Position numbers and translations under genes: made by a program
From: Lachnospiraceae bacterium
GTDB taxonomy: Bacteria; Bacillota; Clostridia; Lachnospirales; Lachnospiraceae
DNA: 64,000 nt
Direction: 5' to 3'
Assembly (NCBI GenBank): GCA_050944855.1
Contig: JBMNRU010000004.1
Location: 22,634-86,633, forward strand
Part shown: positions 56,959-64,000 of the stretch, one piece after another
Position numbering within the stretch: position 1 is the first letter of the stretch
Layout of the letters: each line of letters starts with the position of its first letter
The notes under the pieces: model-generated
Database searches by the model: none
What the model saw: the letters and a program-made list of their open reading frames with translations, nothing else
Told to the model about the DNA's origin: nothing

Positions 56959-58939
56959 TCAGACTTCCTATCTGAAATACGATAACAGCCATTATATAAG
57001 CCAGTATAAGCTGTGCCAGAGCCATAGTCAATGTCCATTTCGTCGATTTTGTTTCTTTCCGTATGGTAGCAACACTGGCCATACAGGGTGTATACAACAA
57101 ACAGAATATCATCAGGGCATAGGCATTGACACTGGTGAAGCCCATATCTCCCAGAATAGCCGTCAGAGAACTCATACCGGCCGCAGAATTGATATTCTGA
57201 ATACCGAACAGCACAGCAAAACTGGAGATTACCACCTCTTTTGCGGACAGGCCGGAAATCAATGCCACGCCGATCTGCCACATGCCCAGACCTGCCGGTG
57301 CCAGAACGGGTTCCATCCATCTTCCCAGCATGGCGCCAAAACTCTCGGATACATCCGTTACCATTCCATGCATACCAAAGTTCAAAACAAACCAGATAAC
57401 AATAGAAGCCACAAAAATCGTGGTACCTGCTTTCACCAGGTAATCTTTTACTTTTTCCCACACATAGATGGCAACCGTCCTGCTGTTGGGCATCTTATAT
57501 TCCGGAAGTTCAATCAGAAGAGCCGCATCACTTCCGTTTTTCTTTCCTTTCGTCAGGATCAATGCCACGATAATAGCCATCACCAGACCAAACAGATACA
57601 TGGAAAGTGCCACAAGAGAAGCATACCTGCCGAAAAACATACCTGCAAACAGCACATAAATAGGAAGCTTCGCCGAACAGGACATAAAAGGAGTCAGCAG
57701 AATTGTCTTCCTCCGGTCACTTTCCTGCTCCAACGTACGGGAAGCCATCACTGCCGGTACCGTACAGCCAAAGCCCAGTACCATAGGAAGAAATGCCTTT
57801 CCTGACAGGCCCACCCGGCTCATAATGCCGTCCATAACATAGGCTACCCTGGACATATAACCGCTGTCTTCCAGAATTGCCAGCGCAATAAACAAAATAA
57901 AAATGTTGGGGAGAAAGGTTAAGATACCTCCCACACCGGCCATAATACCGTCAACGATCAGAGAAATCAGCCAGTCCGCAGCATGTATTTTCATCAGCAA
58001 AACAGTCACCAGATCAAAGAGCTGCTCCATACCCCCTTCAAAGATGCCGGCAATGGCATCTCCCAGAGTAAAGGTCAGCAAAAAGACCAGCATCATAATC
58101 CCTAAAAACACGGGAACGCCCCAGAAACGATGGGTCAGGATGCGATCCACCTTTTCTGTAAATACTTCTTTTATACTTTTATAAAAAAGAGTTTCCTCTA
58201 CAATTTCTTCTATGTAATCATACTTCTGATTAATAATAATCTTTTCGTAGTCCTTATTTACGATCTCCCTTACATTAACAGGATGATCCTTCAAAATCTC
58301 TTCATCATTTTCCAGCAGCTTAATGGCATGCCAGCGAAGATTCGTATCCTCCGGCCATTCTTTGTGCAAAACCTGCTCCAGCTGTGCTATCTTCTCTTCC
58401 ACTTCCTCACTGTAGGTCATCACATAATCCGTATGTGCCTCTTCAAAATGGTGTTCCACCGCATGCATCAGCACATCCAGACCGGTACGCTTTCTGGCAG
58501 ATACCGGCACTACCGGAATATTTCCCAACATCTCCGGAAGACGGTGCATATCCAGTTCCATACCCCGCTCTTCCACAATATCCATCATATTCAATGCCAG
58601 GACTACCGGCTTTCCCATCTCCAAAAGCTGCATAGTCAGATAGAGATTACGTTCCATGGCCGATGCATCCACAACATTTACAATAACATCCACTTCATCG
58701 TCCAAAATGGCACTTCTGGACACTTTTTCCTCAATAGAATAAGAGGTCAGACTATAAATTCCAGGCAGATCCAGAAGACGGATCTGCTGCCCTTTATAAT
58801 TGGTTTCTCCTTCCACCCGCTCTACCGTAACGCCCGGCCAATTGGCTACTTTCAGATTTGCACCGGTATAAGCATTAAAAAGTGTCGTCTTACCACAATT
58901 GGGATTGCCTACAAATGCAACACAAATCGGTTTATTCAT
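56948..58939 (-). CDS. feoB: Ferrous iron transporter FeoB
   Basis: 663 aa. N-terminal G-domain GNPNCGKTTLFN, DLPGIYSL, NMMD, then a polytopic permease. Confidence 0.95.
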   Translation of the reverse strand: MNKPICVAFVGNPNCGKTTLFNAYTGANLKVANWPGVTVERVEGETNYKGQQIRLLDLPGIYSLTSYSIEEKVSRSAILDDEVDVIVNVVDASAMERNLYLTMQLLEMGKPVVLALNMMDIVEERGMELDMHRLPEMLGNIPVVPVSARKRTGLDVLMHAVEHHFEEAHTDYVMTYSEEVEEKIAQLEQVLHKEWPEDTNLRWHAIKLLENDEEILKDHPVNVREIVNKDYEKIIINQKYDYIEEIVEETLFYKSIKEVFTEKVDRILTHRFWGVPVFLGIMMLVFLLTFTLGDAIAGIFEGGMEQLFDLVTVLLMKIHAADWLISLIVDGIMAGVGGILTFLPNIFILFIALAILEDSGYMSRVAYVMDGIMSRVGLSGKAFLPMVLGFGCTVPAVMASRTLEQESDRRKTILLTPFMSCSAKLPIYVLFAGMFFGRYASLVALSMYLFGLVMAIIVALILTKGKKNGSDAALLIELPEYKMPNSRTVAIYVWEKVKDYLVKAGTTIFVASIVIWFVLNFGMHGMVTDVSESFGAMLGRWMEPVLAPAGLGMWQIGVALISGLSAKEVVISSFAVLFGIQNINSAAGMSSLTAILGDMGFTSVNAYALMIFCLLYTPCMASVATIRKETKSTKWTLTMALAQLILAYIMAVIVFQIGSLIVG

Positions 58940-59162
58940 TTGACAGTTCCTCCACTTCTATTCCTTTTACAATCGAACTGCCCAAAGCCCAGCGCGCACC
59001 CCGCACTTTGATGATCATAGCTCCGTTTCTCTTGCAGTTCAAAACTTCCACACGGGTTCCTTCTAAAATACCAAGGGCTTCCAGACGGCGTCTGATCTTA
59101 TCGTCCATGTAAATATCCGTTACCCGGCAGCTTTTACCCACTGAAATATTCTGTAGATTCAT
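58932..59162 (-). CDS. feoA: FeoA-family iron transport protein
   Basis: 76 aa. SH3-like pattern RRRLEALGILEGTRVEVL. Confidence 0.85.
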   Translation of the reverse strand: MNLQNISVGKSCRVTDIYMDDKIRRRLEALGILEGTRVEVLNCKRNGAMIIKVRGARWALGSSIVKGIEVEELSNE

Positions 59163-59240
59163 ATGTCTTTCGTCTCCTTACGCAAGTTAGCTGTTCCTAC
59201 CTCAGCTGTAAAATTCCCTTATACTTTTTCTCACCTACCT

Positions 59241-59269
59241 ATTATAATTAGACAGCAAAAAACTGTCAA
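59241..59269 (-). promoter_or_regulatory. Consensus sigma-A promoter of the feoA-led operon
   Basis: On the minus strand, TTGACA (59269-59264), an exact 17-nt spacer, then TATAAT (59246-59241). The spacer holds a short dyad GACAG-n7-CTGTC. I could not find a clear Fur box. Confidence 0.6.
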
Positions 59270-59326
59270 TGCACATCTGCATAAGAACAGATCTTTCCTG
59301 TAAAACCAAAAACCTTTCTTATAACG

Positions 59327-59372
59327 TAAAAAAGATACTTCCAGATCCGGAACTACCGGAAATGGAAGTATC
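59327..59372 (-). terminator. Intrinsic terminator after the phosphohexomutase gene
   Basis: GATACTTCCA...TGGAAGTATC is a 10-bp stem with an inner TCCGG/CCGGA pairing, followed on the minus strand by TTTTTTAC. Confidence 0.7.
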
Positions 59373-59383
59373 CCTGTTTCATT

Positions 59384-61066
59384 TTATGAAAAAATAGGTT
59401 TCAGTGCTTCTGCCAGTTCTTCTTTCTGTGCCTGGGCTTCTGCCAGATCTTTTCCAAGCGTTGTAAAATATGTCTTAATCTTTGGTTCCGTACCGGACGG
59501 ACGAACCACTACCGTTGCACCGCCCTCCAGAGCGTAGATCAATACGTTCGCTGCAGGCAATCCTGTTTCTTCCGGCTTCTTGTAATCCGTAACCTTCGTT
59601 ACTGCATATCCGGCAATTGCAGCAGGGGGATTCTGACGAAGATCCTCCATAATTGCCGTCATCTTATCCATACCGGATAATCCCGGGAACTCAAAGCTGT
59701 CCACCTTATTCAGGTAACGGCCATATTTCGCATAAATCTCTTCCAGACGTTCTTTGATAGAAGAACCGATACTTCTGTAGTATGCTGCCATCTCACAGAT
59801 CAGCATAGAACCAATGATCGCATCCTTATCACGAACATACGGACCGGCCAGATAACCATAGCTTTCCTCGAAGCCAAAGATAAAGCGGTCTACTTCGCCC
59901 TTTGCCTCCAGACCTGCGATCTGATCGCCAATCCATTTGAATCCGGTTAATACGCTGCGAAGCTCTACCCCATAATTGGCTGCCACCGCATCTGCCAGCG
60001 GTGTAGAAACAATAGACTTCACCGCAACTGCATTTTCCGGCATCGTTCCATTCTCAATACGTCCTGCGCAAATATAGTCAAGGAGAAGTACTCCCACTTC
60101 ATTTCCCGATACCAGCTCATAAGAACCATCCGGGCATTTGATAGCGATACCGACACGGTCTGCATCCGGGTCCGTGGCAAGCATCAAGTCTGCGCCGGAC
60201 TTCTCAGCCAGTTCAAGGCCTAACCGCAATGCTTCAAAAATCTCCGGGTTCGGATATGGACAGGTTGGGAAATTGCCATCCGGATACTGCTGTTCCGGCA
60301 CAATGGTAATATCCGTAATACCAATGTCATGAAGCACGCGGGTCACCGGTACCAAACCGGAACCATTCAGCGGGGAATATACCAGCTTAAGTCCGGCTGT
60401 CTTACAAAGACCTGGACGTACACTTCTTGCTTCAATTGCCTCATAAAGTGCTTCTTTACAGTCTTCGCCGACATACTGAATCAAACCGGCTTTCATGCCT
60501 TCTTCAAAATCCATCAGCTTGGCGCCTGTTAAAATATCCGTCTTCTGAATTTCCGCATATACAATGTCCGCAGCTTCGTCTGTCATCTGGCATCCATCCG
60601 GGCCATATGCCTTGTATCCGTTATATTTTGCCGGATTGTGAGAAGCCGTGATCATAATACCGGCGTTTGCTTTATAGTAACGGGCAGCAAAGCTAAGTGC
60701 CGGTACCGGCATAAGTGCATCATAGATATAAACCTTTACGCCATTCGCCGCCAATACCTTTGCTGCCTCTTTTGCAAATATATCACTGTTAATACGGCTG
60801 TCATAGCTGATCGCAACCGACTGGCTTCCGCCCTGTGTTTTCACCCAGTTTGCCAATCCCTGTGTTGCCTGACGAACAACATAAATATTCATACGATTGG
60901 AACCTGCCCCCAAAACACCTCTTAATCCGGCTGTACCAAACTTTAATGCCACCGCAAAACGCTCTTTTATCTCTTCTTCGTTTCCTGCAATCGCTTTAAG
61001 CTCAGCTGTCAATGCTGCATCTTCAAGTTCCGTGTTCATCCAACGCTTATAATCTTCCATATACAT
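59384..61066 (-). CDS. Phosphoglucomutase/phosphomannomutase family protein
   Basis: About 560 aa. Active-site loop TASHNPAKYNGYK, metal loop DPDADR, and sugar loop GFEESYGY. The start among three nearby ATGs is uncertain. Confidence 0.9.
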   Translation of the reverse strand: MYMEDYKRWMNTELEDAALTAELKAIAGNEEEIKERFAVALKFGTAGLRGVLGAGSNRMNIYVVRQATQGLANWVKTQGGSQSVAISYDSRINSDIFAKEAAKVLAANGVKVYIYDALMPVPALSFAARYYKANAGIMITASHNPAKYNGYKAYGPDGCQMTDEAADIVYAEIQKTDILTGAKLMDFEEGMKAGLIQYVGEDCKEALYEAIEARSVRPGLCKTAGLKLVYSPLNGSGLVPVTRVLHDIGITDITIVPEQQYPDGNFPTCPYPNPEIFEALRLGLELAEKSGADLMLATDPDADRVGIAIKCPDGSYELVSGNEVGVLLLDYICAGRIENGTMPENAVAVKSIVSTPLADAVAANYGVELRSVLTGFKWIGDQIAGLEAKGEVDRFIFGFEESYGYLAGPYVRDKDAIIGSMLICEMAAYYRSIGSSIKERLEEIYAKYGRYLNKVDSFEFPGLSGMDKMTAIMEDLRQNPPAAIAGYAVTKVTDYKKPEETGLPAANVLIYALEGGATVVVRPSGTEPKIKTYFTTLGKDLAEAQAQKEELAEALKPIFS

Positions 61067-61597
61067 GTTAAGCACCATCCTTATTTTTAGGCTTAATTAA
61101 AATGAAACCCTTATAAAATATAGTATAATTTCTACCACTATCCTTTGTCAATATCATCCGTTTATCTGCTCTTCTTTCACCGTTATCGGATATCTGCGAT
61201 ACAAAATATACCCCGCCGCGGCCGTCAGCACTTCCGCAATGGGTCTTCTGGTTGAAGAGTTTTTATATTCTCATAGATTTTTTCAAATTTTTTAACATCA
61301 CCCATACCTGCTCCCCATTATGAAAACTGTATAAACTTGAAATATATTATAACCTAAATAGCCTAAAACGTTAATAGAGCATATGAGATTCCAAGCAGCG
61401 AAACGAATCTCAGGAAGATATACGATTCCAAAAGCCTTGCTAATCTTAAAGCCGAGATTGAGAAATAGATACTTGTAAGGCCTGTTAAAAAAGTTGGAAC
61501 TGTGAGCCCATGCTCACGGCTCCATTACTATATCTTGTGTTTGTGGGGGCTCTATCGGCTCCAAAGCGTTAGGATATTCAGACAAATCGCGACAAAC

Positions 61598-61642
61598 AAG
61601 ACCCCCGAAAACACTGATATTTTCGGGGGTCTTGGTATTTTT
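61598..61642 (+). terminator. Strong terminator-like hairpin in the non-coding gap
   Basis: AAGACCCCCGAAAA-cactga-TTTTCGGGGGTCTT is a 14-bp perfect stem followed by GGTATTTTT. The T-run is better on the plus strand. No plus-strand gene precedes it. Confidence 0.55.
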
Positions 61643-61743
61643 GCAGTCTGATTATCTCTTGCAAAGTTCCAAACCTTTATTTCCCGGCATTTTCAAGGTA
61701 ATTGTTAGTTACCTGTCACTTACTCATAAACATTCATACTCAC

Positions 61744-62220
61744 TCATTTTATTTTATTCAGCTCATTCAAAATATGATTTATATCCGTCAAAACAATCCT
61801 AACCCCTCTTTTATTTAATCTAACCACCTTTCGCACGATACCATTTATTTCTGCTGATAATTTATCATTTATAGTAACCGGAACTGTATTGTTTTCAATC
61901 ATATACTGACAATCAATGTACTCTTCAGTCACCGGACAAAGATTCTGAATCAGAAAAGCTCTGTATTTTCCATTTACATATCCGAACCGTAGGCCATCAT
62001 ACTCCCTGTATCTCATTTTCTTTTTATCATACAACGCTTTATACTTTTCCGTTTTAGATGATATAGGAACCATCCAAAAATATCCGTCCATTTCAAAACA
62101 ATAGAAACAGGGTCTCCCATGCACTCCTGCTTCATCATCATCTTTATTCCCCATTAATCCACAATTAGGAAATCGTTTATAATATTCGTCCTTAATAAAA
62201 TAAAAATTACCTGTATTCAA
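61744..62220 (-). CDS. Type III toxin-antitoxin system toxin, ToxN/AbiQ/CptN family (endoribonuclease)
   Basis: NFYFIKDEYYKRF, RPCFYCFEMDGYFWMVPISSKTEKY and AFLIQNLCPVTEEYI follow the ToxN/AbiQ pattern (FY.I...Y...L, ...YL.PL.S.K, IN...MIP). The likely start is TTG 62220, 4 nt after AGGAGA; the track ATG 62238 lies in the terminator T-run. Confidence 0.8.
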   Translation of the reverse strand: MNTGNFYFIKDEYYKRFPNCGLMGNKDDDEAGVHGRPCFYCFEMDGYFWMVPISSKTEKYKALYDKKKMRYREYDGLRFGYVNGKYRAFLIQNLCPVTEEYIDCQYMIENNTVPVTINDKLSAEINGIVRKVVRLNKRGVRIVLTDINHILNELNKIK

Positions 62221-62235
62221 ATTGTCTCCTATGTA

Positions 62236-62264
62236 CAAAAGTGCCCCGCTAAACAGCGGAGCAC
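62236..62264 (-). terminator. Intrinsic terminator between the repeat RNA and the toxin gene
   Basis: On the minus strand, GTGCTCCGCT-gttt-AGCGGGGCAC is followed by TTTTGT, immediately 5' of the toxin RBS. Confidence 0.7.
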
Positions 62265-62358
62265 AAATATTTGTATCCCAGCCATTTATTAGTCGCTCGC
62301 TGGGTAGCGAAAAATATTTGTATCTGCACCTTTTCTATAAATGCCGATATGCAGTTCC
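62265..62358 (-). ncRNA. Candidate type III antitoxin RNA: two 47-nt units
   Basis: Unit 1 (62358-62312) is ggaacTGCAtatcggcatttatagaaaaggTGCAGATACAAATATTT. Unit 2 (62311-62265) is ttcgctaCCCAGCgagcgactaataaatgGCTGGGATACAAATATTT. They share an exact 13-nt 3' block and have positionally equivalent stems. Confidence 0.55.
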
Positions 62359-62398
62359 GGCAGAATAATAAGAGATTCATCTGAACTTCTTAATTTAT

Positions 62399-62404
62399 AT
62401 TATA
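62399..62404 (-). promoter_or_regulatory. Possible -10 box for the repeat RNA/toxin transcript
   Basis: TATAAT on the minus strand, about 40 nt upstream of unit 1. There is no good -35 (GTAGAT at 17 nt). Read-through from rpsI is an alternative. Confidence 0.35.
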
Positions 62405-62446
62405 CTCATTTTCAGATAAATATCTACTGGCATTTTATACAAAAGG

Positions 62447-62482
62447 TTGCAAAATCCCCAAAACATACAGGTTTTGGGGATT
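62447..62482 (-). terminator. Intrinsic terminator after rpsI
   Basis: On the minus strand, AATCCCCAAAAC-ctgtat-GTTTTGGGGATT is a 12-bp perfect stem followed by TTTGC. Confidence 0.75.
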
Positions 62483-62518
62483 AAAATGCATCGTTGATAT
62501 TTCTGTATTCTCTTTGAA

Positions 62519-62911
62519 TTATCGCTTGCTGAACTGCGGAGCACGACGAGCTGCTTTGAGACCATATTTCTTACGTTCTTTCATACGTGGATCACGTGTT
62601 AAGTATCCTGCTGCTTTTAATGTCGGTCTGTATTCGCCGTCTGCCTGAAGCAGTGCTCTTGCGATACCATGTCTGACAGCACCAGCCTGGCCTGTATATC
62701 CGCCGCCATGTACGTTTACTAATACATCAAATTTATCCAGTGTATCAGTTGCAACCAGTGGCTGACGAACGATTACTTTCAATGTATCCAATCCAAAATA
62801 ATCATCAATGTCTCTTTTATTAATTGTAATTTTACCTGTGCCGGGTACTAAATATACTCTTGCGATTGATTTTTTTCTTCTTCCTGTTCCGTAGAATTTT
62901 GCACTAGCCAA
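62519..62911 (-). CDS. rpsI: 30S ribosomal protein S9
   Basis: 130 aa. It starts with [12 protein letters not shown] and ends RRAPQFSKR. Confidence 0.98.
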   Translation of the reverse strand: MASAKFYGTGRRKKSIARVYLVPGTGKITINKRDIDDYFGLDTLKVIVRQPLVATDTLDKFDVLVNVHGGGYTGQAGAVRHGIARALLQADGEYRPTLKAAGYLTRDPRMKERKKYGLKAARRAPQFSKR

Positions 62912-62929
62912 TGTTATTTACCTCCTTCA

Positions 62930-63358
62930 CTAAAATGTTAATACTTCTGGCTTCTGAGCTGCATGTTCATGCTCTGGTCCAGCGTATACATGAAGTTTCT
63001 TGATCATAGTTCTTCCCAAAGGTCCCTTAGGAAGCATACCTCTCACTGCGAGTTCGATAACTTTCTCAGGCTTTTTAGCAAGCATCTCTCTTAAAGTAGT
63101 TTCTTTCATTCCGCCTACATATTCAGAGTGGCTGTAATAAACTTTCTGATCTAATTTTTTACCTGTTACTTTGACCTTATCAGCGTTTACGATCACTACG
63201 TAATCGCCTGTATCAATATGAGGGGTGAAAACTGGTTTGTTTTTACCTCTTAATACTTTTGCTACTTCGGATGCGAGACGTCCCAGAGTACAACCTTCAG
63301 CGTCTACCACATACCATTTTCTTTCAATCTTATCTGGATTAGCCATATAACTCTTCAT
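62930..63358 (-). CDS. rplM: 50S ribosomal protein L13
   Basis: The start was moved to ATG 63358 ([22 protein letters not shown]) behind GGAGGG, giving 142 aa. Confidence 0.97.
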   Translation of the reverse strand: MKSYMANPDKIERKWYVVDAEGCTLGRLASEVAKVLRGKNKPVFTPHIDTGDYVVIVNADKVKVTGKKLDQKVYYSHSEYVGGMKETTLREMLAKKPEKVIELAVRGMLPKGPLGRTMIKKLHVYAGPEHEHAAQKPEVLTF

Positions 63359-63474
63359 GGTTTTCCCTCCTGTTAAACAATGGTTATAATACTCATTTTC
63401 TTTAGCATTTATAATGTAAAATACCACTACCGGGGCTTTGGTTTGGATATTTTCGCACTATGTCACATTGAAAT

Positions 63475-63503
63475 ATTATATTATACAAGCTTTTGCCTGT
63501 CAA
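63475..63503 (-). promoter_or_regulatory. Consensus sigma-A promoter of rplM-rpsI
   Basis: On the minus strand, TTGACA (63503-63498), a 17-nt spacer, then TATAAT (63480-63475), leaving a leader of about 110 nt. Confidence 0.65.
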
Positions 63504-63520
63504 TATCTTTTTCGATTTTC

Positions 63521-64000
63521 CTACTGGTTTCTTCCATATAATGCCGTCATTTTGCGCATCTTCTCTACCAGTTCCGGTGTGAAGGCATTTTTCCTCATGC
63601 GCCACTGCCAGTTGCTGCCCACTGTAGACGGGGTATTGATCCGGGCTTCTTCTCCCAGCCCCAGGTAATCCATGGCCGGAATGACGCAAAGATCCGCCAC
63701 GCTGCGCATGGCCAGTGCGATATAATCCCAGTGGATCTGACTTCCCGGAGTATAAAAATTATTCAGATAGCGAAGCGCCACACTCTTTGAAACCGGATCC
63801 ATACTGCGATACCAGCCCTGTGTGGTGTTATTGTCATGCGTACCCGTATATACCACACAATTTCTTTCATATTCGTGGGTCAGGTAATTACTTTTTTCTT
63901 CCGCATTAAATGCAAAATGAAGGACTTTCATGCCAGGATAACCCGTATCACGCAGCAGCTGATATACGCCTTCCGTCAAAAAGCCCAGGTCTTCTGCCAC
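63521..64000 (-). CDS. malQ: 4-alpha-glucanotransferase (amylomaltase), C-terminal part; gene continues beyond the window end
   Basis: GYPGMKVLHFAF, VVYTGTHDNNTTQGWY and INTPSTVGSNWQWR are typical GH77 C-terminal motifs. Confidence 0.85.
   Translation of the reverse strand: MAEDLGFLTEGVYQLLRDTGYPGMKVLHFAFNAEEKSNYLTHEYERNCVVYTGTHDNNTTQGWYRSMDPVSKSVALRYLNNFYTPGSQIHWDYIALAMRSVADLCVIPAMDYLGLGEEARINTPSTVGSNWQWRMRKNAFTPELVEKMRKMTALYGRNQ

Noticed and set aside
56916-59011. Track ORFs 56916-57461 (-, 181 aa) and 58130-59011 (+, 293 aa).
   Set aside because: They are alternative-frame and antisense ORFs inside feoB, which has unambiguous G-domain and permease signatures.
59241-59269. Fur box in the feoA promoter.
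   Set aside because: Only a short GACAG-n7-CTGTC dyad lies in the spacer. There is no convincing match to the GATAATGATAATCATTATC-type consensus.
61510-61569. 19-aa hydrophobic ORF (MLTAPLLYLVFVGALSAPKR) with its ATG inside a hairpin, as a type I toxin.
   Set aside because: It is very short, has no convincing Shine-Dalgarno, and no antisense RNA promoter was recognised. It is kept only as a remark under the 61.1-61.7 kb finding.
62265-62358. Link between GATACAAATATTT in the antitoxin-like units and the GATACA response-regulator boxes at 44.8 and 47.8 kb.
   Set aside because: Only the hexamer is shared. The spacing here is 47 nt rather than 11, and the context is a transcribed repeat between a -10 box and a terminator. 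I treat it as coincidence.
63402-63689. 95-aa minus-strand ORF, and the idea of a structured L13 leader in 63359-63474.
   Set aside because: The ORF overlaps the malQ 3' end and the rplM promoter. A leader of about 110 nt exists, but I could not recognise the ribosomal-protein-leader fold by eye, so no RNA element is claimed.

Overview
This is a chromosomal segment from a mid-GC Firmicute. The protein sequences look Clostridia/Lachnospiraceae-like, but the taxon is inferred. There are about 60 genes, roughly 85% on the minus strand, and many stop/start overlaps suggest long operons. Most content is housekeeping: greA, idi, gatCAB, nrdD, dapL-dapF, nadA-nadB-nadC-niaR, feoAB, nth, trmL, a phosphohexomutase, rplM-rpsI and partial malQ. 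It also holds an Acetobacterium-type rnfC2-metV-metF methylene-THF reductase operon, three ABC exporter genes, MATE/DMT transporters, two two-component systems, and a tandem glycine riboswitch ahead of an alanine/glycine:cation symporter. Six things stand out. (1) A type III toxin-antitoxin-like cassette sits between rpsI and pgm: a ToxN/CptN-family ORF preceded by a terminator and two 47-nt RNA units that are unusually dissimilar. (2) An 896-aa fusion joins a Tet(M)/EF-G-like translational GTPase to a YacP/Rae1-type NYN ribonuclease, next to a YkgJ, MoxR-like AAA+ and VWA operon. (3) A degenerate array of 7-8 tandem 53-64 bp hairpin-containing units lies at 37.8-38.2 kb. (4) A structured intergenic repeat family has two copies, one carrying a nested ~230 bp insertion. 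(5) A SigA-like protein lacks region 4 and the aromatic -10 recognition residues. (6) GATACA direct repeats at 11-bp spacing link a VanRS-like two-component operon to a VanY-type carboxypeptidase. No rRNA, tRNA, CRISPR array or intact transposase/integrase was recognised. All calls come from reading the sequence and the ORF track by eye; no database search was run.
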